Below are positions 50,623-60,160 of a stretch of DNA of 64,000 nucleotides, one piece after another; position 1 is the stretch's first letter; the number at the start of each line of letters is the position of its first letter. The stretch spans positions 13,208,001 to 13,272,000 of the forward strand of contig CM097885.1 of assembly GCA_044892525.1 (NCBI GenBank), written 5' to 3'. This DNA is from Schmidtea polychroa (lineage: Eukaryota). The position numbers were made by a program, and so were the translations under genes. The notes beneath the pieces are model-generated. The model made no database searches. It was not told the origin of the DNA and worked only from the letters and a program-made list of their open reading frames with translations.

Positions 50623-51504
50623 ATGGTATATGAAGAAAGATTATCACTTTTAAAAAAATTACAATCAGAACAAGATAAATATAATAAAAAAGATACAACT
50701 CAACATGCTGAATCTATAATATTAAATGAGGTAATAACACAACAACAGGGGCCAACAATTAAAGCTATAAAAGAGTTGGAAGATTTCAATGAGCAAGCAA
50801 AATTTAAAGAGTTAGAAGATAAAAAACAAAAAATAAAAGAACTAGAGTGGCAGGATAAAGAAAAAGAATCCAGTGAAAACCATCCTGAAAGAAATCAAAG
50901 AAAACGCAGAAGAATTTCTAATGTGGAAGAAGAAGAAATGTTTTTAAAAACAAAACCTCTTAAAGTTGATCCTAAAATTAGAGATGATTTACCTCCTTCA
51001 ATTAGACCCACATTTAATACTAATACTGAAGGATATCAAATAATAACAATTAATAAACAAAACTTTACTTTATATTCAAATTCAGAAAATAAATCACGTA
51101 TTCATTCACAAAATGTTTATAATAATGAATATTTAGACTTTGAATTTACAGATGATTTTTATAGATTACTTTGTGGATATTCTTCAGATGATGTTGAAGA
51201 AATTAAAAAATATTTAAATTTAATAAAATTAATAAGAGCTAGTTCTAAAGCAAAATATATTCAAGATTTAAAGAATTATTTAAATAAAAATGAAAAGGGT
51301 TATGTTGTTACAGAGGGAGAGGGATTAATTAGTGAAGGTGGTAAACCAAATCCCATCAATCTTTTTATTGAATTAAGAAAACTATTAGCTGCAAGGAAAG
51401 CAGGACATAATAATTTAGATTCTGATATTTTAAAGATTTCTAAAGATTTGTTAAAACAAGGAATAATTTCAAAAGATAAATTTAATAAGTATACGAAGTT
51501 ATAA
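50623..51504 (+). CDS. Conserved uncharacterised Polinton protein, 293 aa
   Basis: C-terminal GEGL..P..L..ELRKLLAARKAGHNN..I..I..LLKQGII motif, recurrent in invertebrate Polintons. Basic RKRRR stretch. Confidence 0.7.
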   Translation: MVYEERLSLLKKLQSEQDKYNKKDTTQHAESIILNEVITQQQGPTIKAIKELEDFNEQAKFKELEDKKQKIKELEWQDKEKESSENHPERNQRKRRRISNVEEEEMFLKTKPLKVDPKIRDDLPPSIRPTFNTNTEGYQIITINKQNFTLYSNSENKSRIHSQNVYNNEYLDFEFTDDFYRLLCGYSSDDVEEIKKYLNLIKLIRASSKAKYIQDLKNYLNKNEKGYVVTEGEGLISEGGKPNPINLFIELRKLLAARKAGHNNLDSDILKISKDLLKQGIISKDKFNKYTKL

Positions 51505-51526
51505 ATACGAAGTTTTAAAATACAAA

Positions 51527-51991
51527 ATGACTCCTTCAATATTAGATTTTTTAAAAACATTTGGAATAAATGCAAAAACAAATTTTGATTTAAAAGATTA
51601 TGCAAATTATTTAAATTTAAAAATTAAAATATTAATGAATGATGAATTATCAAGTCTGGAGAGTCCCCTGAATATAATAATCAATTATCAAAATTCAAAT
51701 GAAAAAGGATCTCATTGGGTTTGTATATATAAGAAATCTATCTACTTTGATTCTTTTGGGATTAAACCTACTAAAGAAGTTGAAGATTATCTCTTGAGGG
51801 GTTCTCCGATTGATTCCCCAAATGGTTATACTTTTAACTCTTTACAAGTTCAACCTTTGAATACTAAAATATGTGGTATTTTAAGTTTATATGTTTTGTA
51901 TAGATTGAATAAGGGAGAGGGAAAGGGGCATACGCAGGATTTTGAATCTATAATTCAAGAAATTTATAATGATCTAGAATCTCTACTATAA
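51527..51991 (+). CDS. Adenain-like cysteine maturation protease, 154 aa
   Basis: IIN..GSHWVC..YFDSFG..QVQ..ICG, with catalytic H, D, C and oxyanion Q. Confidence 0.92.
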   Translation: MTPSILDFLKTFGINAKTNFDLKDYANYLNLKIKILMNDELSSLESPLNIIINYQNSNEKGSHWVCIYKKSIYFDSFGIKPTKEVEDYLLRGSPIDSPNGYTFNSLQVQPLNTKICGILSLYVLYRLNKGEGKGHTQDFESIIQEIYNDLESLL

Positions 51992-52034
51992 GGATTTTTA
52001 CTATAAGGATTTTTACTATAAGGATTTTTACTAT
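51986..52034. repeat. 3 x 15-bp tandem repeat ACTATAAGGATTTTT
   Basis: Directly visible between the protease and penton genes. Confidence 0.9.
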
Positions 52035-52054
52035 ATGAATTTACTACTAAAGAA

Positions 52055-52819
52055 ATGGAGCTTCACAACCCTCCGGAAGATAATTTAAAAAAAATGGTAA
52101 ACATAATGTCAGATAAATATTCAAGAACTTTATCTATAAATTCAAAAGAATCAGACTTTACTATAAACTTTCAAGATTCAATTAAATTAGATCAAAATTT
52201 AAATTATGAATTGGGGCTATTATGGTTTTGTGCTTATAATACTATTTTTAATATAACTAAAGATAATAATAAATTTACTATTCAAACTCGTGATGGGCAT
52301 AAACCAGAAATTATAACAATAGAACCTGGGGCATATGAGATAAAAGATTTAAATGATATACTTTCTAAAAAAACAAATGAAGGTATTAAAATTAAAATGG
52401 ATATACCAACTTCAAAATGTGTAATGACTTTGAAGAATATAAAAATTAGTTTTTTAGATAATTGTTTCTTTCACACAGTTTTCGGATTTAAACCTATGGA
52501 TATAACAATAAAAGAAGATAAAATAATAACATCAGAACATATTATAAAAATAATAAATACAAACACAATAAATATTCATTGCGATTGTATAACAGGTTCT
52601 TATAATAATGGTAAACAAACAAATGTTTTATATTCCTTTCCCTCAAACACAGTTCCTATGGGATATAAAATAGTTGAAAGAATGAATCCTCCAAATTATT
52701 TACCTTTATGTAGAAAATATATAATGGATATTAATTTTAAAATTCTTAATCAAGAAGGAGAATTGATTGATTTTAATGGAGAAGAGATTTCAATGTATTT
52801 ACATTTGAAACAGGTTTGA
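52055..52819 (+). CDS. Minor capsid protein (penton-like, single jelly-roll), 254 aa
   Basis: YNTIFNI..NNKF..IEPGAYEIKDLN..INIHCDCITGSYNNGK..LYSF..VPMGYKIVE..YLP..NQEGELIDFNGE, typical of Polinton pentons. Confidence 0.88.
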   Translation: MELHNPPEDNLKKMVNIMSDKYSRTLSINSKESDFTINFQDSIKLDQNLNYELGLLWFCAYNTIFNITKDNNKFTIQTRDGHKPEIITIEPGAYEIKDLNDILSKKTNEGIKIKMDIPTSKCVMTLKNIKISFLDNCFFHTVFGFKPMDITIKEDKIITSEHIIKIINTNTINIHCDCITGSYNNGKQTNVLYSFPSNTVPMGYKIVERMNPPNYLPLCRKYIMDINFKILNQEGELIDFNGEEISMYLHLKQV

Positions 52820-52843
52820 AGATTCATTTTAAATTATTAATAA

Positions 52844-53854
52844 ATGAGTTCTTATATTCCATGTAATAGAGGTGGTGGAACAATAAAAACAGGGTTTAAT
52901 ACAGAAGAAATATTAACTTTAACAGAAAATAAATATATTAATGAAAGAGGTGATTCAATGAAGGGTGATTTAATTTTAAATGGACACAAGATAAAAGAAT
53001 TATCTTTTCCAACTGATGAAGCTGATGCTGCTAATAAGAAATATGTAGATGGTGTTAAAAAATATACTGATTTAACAACAACAAGAATTGAAAGTTCATT
53101 AACAACAAAAATTGATTCAATGGAATCAAAGCTTAATAATATCGAACAACGATTTAATGATAAATTTGACAAGTTACAAAGTCTGTTAACTGAACAAGTT
53201 GTAAAGTTAAATACTGCTATATTAAATTCTAAAGATAAACAAATTATGAATACTAAATTTAATACAATATATAAAATAATAAATGAGATGATTACATCAT
53301 TTAATAAAAGAATTTCAAATTTAGAGTCTCATGGAACACACATTAACACCACACATAGTATTAGAAAAAGAGCTGCTGAATTAGAACAGAATAAAACATT
53401 ATTACCCCATACATATAAACATTTTATAGAACCAAGTTTAATAACAACAAACAGTAAAGAATGGGGTGTTTTTATGGTTGTAAAAATTATTGATCCTTAT
53501 TTCTTTTTGTTTGATGATGATAATGAAAGAATGAAATGGTTTGTGAAATGTGATTATAATAGTAAGCTTGAAAAGGGTGATGTTATAATGACTAGTTATG
53601 ATTTACCACACGGAGATTGGTATGTTAATACTCATTCACATGGACTACATAAAGTTAAAAGTAAGAATATTCATTTTTCTAGTTCACTTGTACAATATAT
53701 AGATTTAATATTTTATGAAAAAAAGGTTGATGTTGATGAAGTTCGTAAAGCATTGAGAGAATTGTATAAAGACATCCTCTCAACAAGAGTTTCTTTTGAT
53801 ATCCGAGTATTGGTGCCAGATGGTGCTCAGAAGAATAAAGTCTTATTTTTTTAA
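52844..53854 (+). CDS. Fiber-like protein, 336 aa
   Basis: Phage tail-fiber-type motif GDSMKGDLILNGHKIKEL..PTDEADAANKKYVD, followed by a long heptad coiled coil and a globular C-terminus. Confidence 0.7.
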   Translation: MSSYIPCNRGGGTIKTGFNTEEILTLTENKYINERGDSMKGDLILNGHKIKELSFPTDEADAANKKYVDGVKKYTDLTTTRIESSLTTKIDSMESKLNNIEQRFNDKFDKLQSLLTEQVVKLNTAILNSKDKQIMNTKFNTIYKIINEMITSFNKRISNLESHGTHINTTHSIRKRAAELEQNKTLLPHTYKHFIEPSLITTNSKEWGVFMVVKIIDPYFFLFDDDNERMKWFVKCDYNSKLEKGDVIMTSYDLPHGDWYVNTHSHGLHKVKSKNIHFSSSLVQYIDLIFYEKKVDVDEVRKALRELYKDILSTRVSFDIRVLVPDGAQKNKVLFF

Positions 53855-53862
53855 TTATTAAA

Positions 53863-54471
53863 ATGGAAGAAGTAAGAGAAGAAAAAATTTACCCAGAATT
53901 GAGATCATCAGGATATTATTCCGAAGGTCACAAAGGTTCCAAGGCCTCGGCTCCCACAGAACTTGAAATTATGAGAGTAAAAGAATTTAAATCAGAAACC
54001 TTACATTTACAAGATTTATTAAAGCATTATAAAAAAATTAAAAATAGATGGAATAAAGGGAATACAGTTTTAAAAGTTATAGGTTATTCTTTAGGATTTG
54101 CATCTGCAATATTAACAGTTATTTTACCCATAACTTTACCAGTTGTTACTCTTGCACCTGTAATACTTGGAAGTATTTCTGTGGCTGATGGTTTCTTAAC
54201 TGAAATAGTTTCATTATCTTATACTTCTAAAAAGAAAAGTTTATATAGAGAAGTTTGTTTATCAATAGAATTAGGAATCTCTAAATTATTTTTATTTCAA
54301 TTAAAAGCTTTAGAAGATGGAATCTTAACTGATGATGAAATAATGAAATCAAATCAAATAATTCAAGATATTAAAAATGAAGTTATAAAATTAAAAAGTG
54401 CAAATATTATAACTAATGAATATTCTAAAAAAATTAAACGAGACAAGTGGTTAAAGAATTCTTACTTATAA
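53863..54471 (+). CDS. Polinton membrane protein with a central hydrophobic hairpin, 202 aa
   Basis: IYPEL..SAP N-terminus, basic helix, two hydrophobic segments, then the ALEDGILTDDEI motif. Possibly the family labelled gasdermin-like in adintoviruses (not verified). Confidence 0.65.
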   Translation: MEEVREEKIYPELRSSGYYSEGHKGSKASAPTELEIMRVKEFKSETLHLQDLLKHYKKIKNRWNKGNTVLKVIGYSLGFASAILTVILPITLPVVTLAPVILGSISVADGFLTEIVSLSYTSKKKSLYREVCLSIELGISKLFLFQLKALEDGILTDDEIMKSNQIIQDIKNEVIKLKSANIITNEYSKKIKRDKWLKNSYL

Positions 54472-54565
54472 AATGGGTGTATTTTTAAAAAAGTAGATCA
54501 GGTTGCTATAGTTGCTTAAATTAATTGTCGACATTTTATTATTAAAAAATTAAATATCGTTGGTT

Positions 54566-55120
54566 TCAGTTATGGTTGAAAGCCAACCTATGAATCATTA
54601 ATTTATGATCTTTAAATTCTTTATCACTTAGACCTTTTATATATTCAGAATCAGTATTAAAATATTTAAGTTCTAAACATATAGGATTAAAAACTTGAGA
54701 ATATAAAGGTTTCTCGATTTCTCTCTCGGGATAAATAATTTCAACATTATAAATATCAAGATCAGTAATCTTTGTATCATATAACGTATTCAACTTTTCT
54801 AGATTTTTTATTATAGGGATTAAATTATTTCCAATAGGCAGAGTTGTCTTTAAATCACTTAGTATGAATCTCTTATCATCATAATTTGATAATGATACTT
54901 TTTGAGATTCTATCAAGTGAATATCATGGTTTTCACTTTTAAGTTGATGTATTTCATCAATTTTATCTTTATGATTTGGGTTTAATGTATCTATATAATC
55001 TTGATGAGAAAGATTCTTTGCAACCACTCTCTGTATTCCTTTACATCTGTTATCCTTTAAATTAGTAATATTTTTTATAATTTCAAAAATGTTATTTTCT
55101 TGATTTTTAGTTTCCATCAT
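54566..55120 (-). CDS. Stand-alone paralogue of the pPolB C-terminal (thumb plus tail) region, 184 aa
   Basis: Own ATG and intact frame. KGIQ..LKSE.H.I.L..YDDKRFILSDLKTTLPIGN.LIPIIKNL..KPLY.QV..LKYFNTD.EYI.GL..HKLM is collinear with the last ~165 aa of the adjacent pPolB. Confidence 0.88.
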   Translation of the reverse strand: MMETKNQENNIFEIIKNITNLKDNRCKGIQRVVAKNLSHQDYIDTLNPNHKDKIDEIHQLKSENHDIHLIESQKVSLSNYDDKRFILSDLKTTLPIGNNLIPIIKNLEKLNTLYDTKITDLDIYNVEIIYPEREIEKPLYSQVFNPICLELKYFNTDSEYIKGLSDKEFKDHKLMIHRLAFNHN

Positions 55121-55144
55121 TTTATAGTGTTAAAATTCTAATTC

Positions 55145-56612
55145 TTAGACCAGTCGTAATTGATTTATAATTATTTCTGCAGTAATGCTTTTTAACATTA
55201 ATTTATGTGATTTATAGTCTTCTGGTGTTAGTCCTTGGATATATTCAGGATCAGTATTAAAATATTTAAGTTCTATAGGTTTTATATTTTGAACTTGATT
55301 ATATAAAGGTTTAGGAATTAATATTTCAGGATATTGGATTTCTACTTTAGCAAGTTGAAGGTCTGTAATCTCTAGGTTATAAATTTCATTTATTTTATCA
55401 AGATTTTTTATTATAGGGATTAAATCATTTCCAATAGGTAATGTTGTCTTCAAGTCAGAAAGTATAAATCTTTTATCATCATAATTTGTTATAGCAATCT
55501 TGTTACACTCTTCAAGATATATATTATGTTTCTCTGATTTAAGATGATGGGTTTTAGCAATTTTATTTTTATAATTTATATTTAATGAATCTTTATACTC
55601 TTGATGTGTGAAGGTTTTTGACACTGATTTTTGAATTCCTTTACTTTTATTTTCTTTATAGCTTTTCGGGTTTTCAGGGAATGAAGGATATTCAAATGTG
55701 TGATCTATTTCAACAGATCCTTCTCCCTCCCCTATTATAAATTTTATTGTATGCTCTTTCATAATTGGTTTGTCTTTCATTTCAAGAGAATATTGTTTAG
55801 GTCTAATAAACACTCCTCCAGTTATTGGAGTATTTGGTTTTTCATCTTTAAAAGTAAACAACTCTCCAGAATTGTTTATTAATTTATTTAAGGTTGGATC
55901 TTCACGTATTTCTTTTTTTAAATCTTTGCTATATCCTTTTAAAAACATACTATCAGTGTCCATTGCATGCATGGATATTCGATCTCCAAAATGTGGTACT
56001 AGAACATCATAGTAGGCTTCATACATTTGAAGCTTTGAAAGTTCTAAAATTGAAAACCCTATAAAGATTGGTTTATTATAAATTTTTACAGAGTTTTTAA
56101 TCTCTATGGCTATAAGGTTACTAGAGAATATCTCGGCATTTTTAAATGTGGGCTTTCCAATTATCCGGTTGTACCTATTAAGGTCTTTGGATGTATTGGT
56201 CAAAAGCTCTACACGTGTGTACTTGTCTATATTCTCCATGGTCTTTCCAAAGACCGCATTGTTCAGGAGTTTGTAAATCATATCAAGAAATGCATTTCCA
56301 GCTCTCTTTGCTGCATTTCTTTTCAAAATATTTCCCTCTATGAATTTTTTCATAAAAGGAGCTTGTCGAAATTTAATAATGGAATGTACTTTTTTTAAAA
56401 CCATTCCATGGGAGAGATAAAACTGAAGGAGTCTATAATGACAAAGGTAATCAGTTTTATCGGTCTGATCGCATAAAAGTTTTATACATGGTGTTCTATT
56501 CTGAGCAATCTGCCAGTCTGAAAGTTCTTCAGTCGAGATCTTTCTTCTTACTGGAGCAAATGGAAAGAATCTTGTCCTGGATTTTATTTCATTGGGATAT
56601 TCAAGATAGCAT
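55145..56612 (-). pseudogene. Protein-primed family B DNA polymerase, 5'-truncated
   Basis: The frame is open from ECYLEYP..FPFAP (~56612) through KLLNNAVFGK (motif B), AMDTDS (motif C), FKDE, PKQY, KGI and DDKR. Motif A, exonuclease and terminal-protein regions are missing. Confidence 0.92.
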
Positions 56613-57449
56613 TCTTTTTTATGGGCATAATAATTTGCTTGCAGTTTTTCAGTGCCCAGTGATGTTTAATCGTCAAAAATATTGACTGTAACAACAAAAA
56701 ATTCACAAAGATGGCATCTTTATGTGATTGAATAAAAAAATGTCACTCATCTGGTTTCACCCTTATTTATAAGCTATAAAATGTATTTTCTCTACCCTAG
56801 ACTGAATTTAGGTGAGGGGATCTGACACCAAATAAGAACCCCATAAATTAATAAAACAATAATAAATGTTACCCGGGCCCATTTACATGAAAATTATTTA
56901 AATCCATATCATAACATTAACTGTTAGAATTTTTTAGAAATCGTTTTATGTCACGAAAAATGAGAGTGTATAATGCTCTTTATTGAGTCGTTTTATTTTT
57001 GGACACAGTAATATTCACTTGTAGATTTATGCAAAAAACGATTCTCATTCCTTGAGATTGGTTATGGAATACATTGACTCAAAATTAGATATCTTGGCTC
57101 GTACAACATTTGTAACAATGACAATCATCATGCTCATTGGTAGAAATTAATAATTATTCGCGGCAGTGCATAGAAACTAGAAATAGGAAAAATTTCATAA
57201 AATAGCATAAGGAATAGAATAAGAATTAAAACTATAAGAAAAACGATAAGAAACACTAGAATATTCTATGAAAATGGCAAAATCCGACATGGGGCCGAAA
57301 CAAACGAATACTAAATAAAAATATAAGAATTTAGAAAATTTATTCGCCAAAAATAATATAAAAATAACGTAATAATTAAAAACAATATAAATTATATATT
57401 ATAACGATTAAAACTAGCATAAAATATTCTAGAAAATGACCATATCAAT

Positions 57450-58301
57450 CAGCGCCGGTTCGAGATAATTATACGCCCCAGGCGAAAATTATAAAAAGCG
57501 CCCTATTTTAAAAATTAGGTACAAAAATTATGATAAAATAAAAAAGTTTAACAAAAAACAATCCATTTATTACTTTATTTCATTTTTTTCGATCTACTAT
57601 GACGGAAGATAGGTTGAATAATTTGGCCATTATTTCAATTGAAAATAATGTTGTAGCAAACCTAAATTTGGAGGCAGCAATAGAAAAATTTGCAGACATG
57701 AAAGCCAGGAAAAAATCATTCTTATAAATTCTGTTTTTTTATATATATGTCACATATATAAAAAAACAGAATTTATAAGAATGATTTTTTCCTGGCTTTC
57801 ATGTCTGCAAATTTTTCTATTGCTGCCTCCAAATTTAGGTTTGCTACAACATTATTTTCAATTGAAATAATGGCCAAATTATTCAACCTATCTTCCGTCA
57901 TAGTAGATCGCAAATACGTTTTTATTAGTTTTAATTTACTAAAACTTCTTTCACCACTCGCAACACTAACAGGAATTGTTACAAGAATTGTTATAGCTGT
58001 TAATTTAACTCGCACATCAGTTTTTGTAATACATACATATATTTTTTTTTATTTCAATTTTCAATACATATCAGAATTTCTCAGAATTGGAAATTCGTAT
58101 ATTTTGCATGTACTTTTTTTTTGTTTTTTCTTATTTTCAATTTTTTTTAAAACGGTTGGTTTCATAGATAAATTTCAAAATATAAAGTTTTGGAGGCTTA
58201 TTTTATAATTTACTTTGATTGTTTATAATAAATTTTGGCGCCCTCTAAAAAAAGGTGCCCTAGGCTATGGCCTAGGTCGCCTGGCCCTTGGGCTGGGCCT
58301 G
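57450..58301. mobile_element. Non-autonomous hAT element containing a fold-back of the transposase C-terminus
   Basis: CAGCGCCGG / CTGGGCCTG ends with perfect 8-bp TSD ATATCAAT. Minus-strand PVSVASGERSFSKLKLIKTYLRSTM..RLNNLAIISIE. ~160-bp inverted duplication at 57590-57910. Confidence 0.88.
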
Positions 58302-58363
58302 ATATCAATCATGGTAGTGAATTTAATAAAAATTAAATAAAATATCAAAATTATAAAATAAAA

Positions 58364-59411
58364 GGCGACGGTTTACTATACGCATCCCAAAAAAATTACA
58401 ATAAATAAATCAATTAAATAATCATTTATTTTATGGCAGAAATTGCGTACAAAAACATATCTAATAAATGATTTTCTGTTGTATTTTGCCTTGATAACCA
58501 CATTTTAAATCAATAAAAGCCGTTTTTTCGGTAAATGACATTCCTCTTCTACTTCTTAAATCAGTCTTTAAATTACCCCATAATCCTTCAATAGTGTTGG
58601 TATGAACACCATTTTCTTGGTTAACATATTCCAATTTGTGATTAACAGCATGGTGTGTGTAATTTAATCCAGGTAAATTTCCGAGATTGAAGGTTTCGGT
58701 ATAATATCCACACCACATATCGGAGTGAATAATAGAGCCTGGTCTTATGAATCTAGTGATTAAAGGAACAAGTGTTTCACGATCTCTTTTTTCGACAACT
58801 CTTGCAAACCATTTTTTTGAAACTCTGTCAATACCGCCCATCATCTAAACTTCCATGTATCTCCGACCTCTGTTATATTTGGTATTTTTGGAGATAAGAG
58901 TTTCGTCGATTTCAACGATTACTCATTCTCCCCCAATCATGAGATCATCGTAATTTAAATTTAGCAAAGAGAAAAGAAATTATTCCAATCTGCCAAAGTT
59001 TTATTTGATAACTTTAACATTATTAAAATAAAATTTTATTGCTAGGCACCCTAATACTCAAAAATAAGTCAAAAGAAGCAATGTAGAAAGTGGCAGCTTT
59101 GATTTCTCAAAAAAAGAATCTTTCCTTACACTGCAGGAAGAACATTTTATTGGACATCTATAAGTATATCCATCTGTAATATTATTTCCTTTTATTGAAG
59201 TCATTTGTTGACCACAAAAACAATTAAAATTACTTTTTAAAAGTTTTTTCTCTGAAAGTATTCATTACATTCCAATTTATCAGAGCTAATTTGAAAAATT
59301 ATGTATAAGTCAGGATAATTTTGCATTTTAAGGTTTAAAATAAAATGATTATTTAATTGATTTATTTATTAAATAATTATTTTTTTGGGATGCGTATAGT
59401 AAACCGTCGCC
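58364..59411 (-). mobile_element. Merlin (ISXO2/IS1016-like) DNA transposon, full length, transposase disrupted
   Basis: TIR GGCGACGGTTTACTATACGCATCCCAAAAAAA (similarity extends to ~65 bp) with 8-bp TSD AAATAAAA. IVEIDET, GSIIHSDMW..Y and VNH..GVHTNTIEGLW motifs, with stops and frameshifts upstream. Confidence 0.93.
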
Positions 59412-59659
59412 AAATAAAATAACAAAATTCGCCATAAAAATCTAAAAATAAATGGAATTAAAAGAATTCGAATTTGTTTTTACCTGCATCAGTGCTTGCA
59501 CACAAAAATTAGGATATATAAGCAGACACATTTTGGTCATAATATAATGATTTTGGTAATCCAAATTATACGAATTGTAGGGCAAAGAACAATAAAAAGT
59601 TTGAAGAATATTTTTTTACAATGACTTACCATTAGACGAGATTAATCTAACACGAAAGC

Positions 59660-60160
59660 ATTTTTTGAGCTTAAATGCTAATCCGTCGTTCACATATTCC
59701 ACGTCGTACAAATCATATATAACACAGTCCCTTTCCTCAGCAACTGACGCATGGATGAAAACTATCGACTCTTCAAACCTCAAATCCGGATTCAAAGGTC
59801 CGTTTCGCATCATAGAACTGTACAAAAATACAGCGAAACTTGATATTGACAACAACTACGTCATGATCAACCTTTCCAGATTAAAACCAGCTTTTTGCAC
59901 CCTTGAATACGACGAAATCCCAAACAACCATATCACAAAAGACTTTAACATAAACAAAGACATTAGAAGACATGGAACAACCGACAACACCACCAGACAC
60001 ACCAAATGTTCAACTCCTTAAAAAAAATCCGCCCCTCCCCTCAAGGCGAACACGTAAACTCCCTCAATACCTCTCAGATTATGATCTTTAGTGACTGCTT
60101 CCACCATTATCGCCGTTTTGATCTTTTGATACGCTCTGCGTACTTCGGTGGGGGCTATTG
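59660..60160 (+). mobile_element. 3' end of a Gypsy-like LTR retrotransposon (integrase GPY/F tail, PPT, start of 3' LTR)
   Basis: FKGPFRII..INLSRLKPA, later YLSDYDL*, then a G-rich tract at 60147-60154 followed by TGTAG at 60159. Confidence 0.65.

Larger units (their letters stand above)
44680..56612. mobile_element. Polinton/Maverick (adintovirus-like endogenous virus), right arm truncated
   Basis: AGTAGT-initiated terminus at 44680, followed by an intronless, tightly packed set of genes (MCP, integrase, ATPase, protease, penton, fiber-like, pPolB). The pPolB 5' half and the right TIR are absent. Confidence 0.95.

Noticed and set aside
56613..57449. Right TIR or 5' part of the Polinton polymerase
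   Set aside because: There is no copy of the terminal 24-mer and no motif A or exonuclease sequence. The element appears truncated here.
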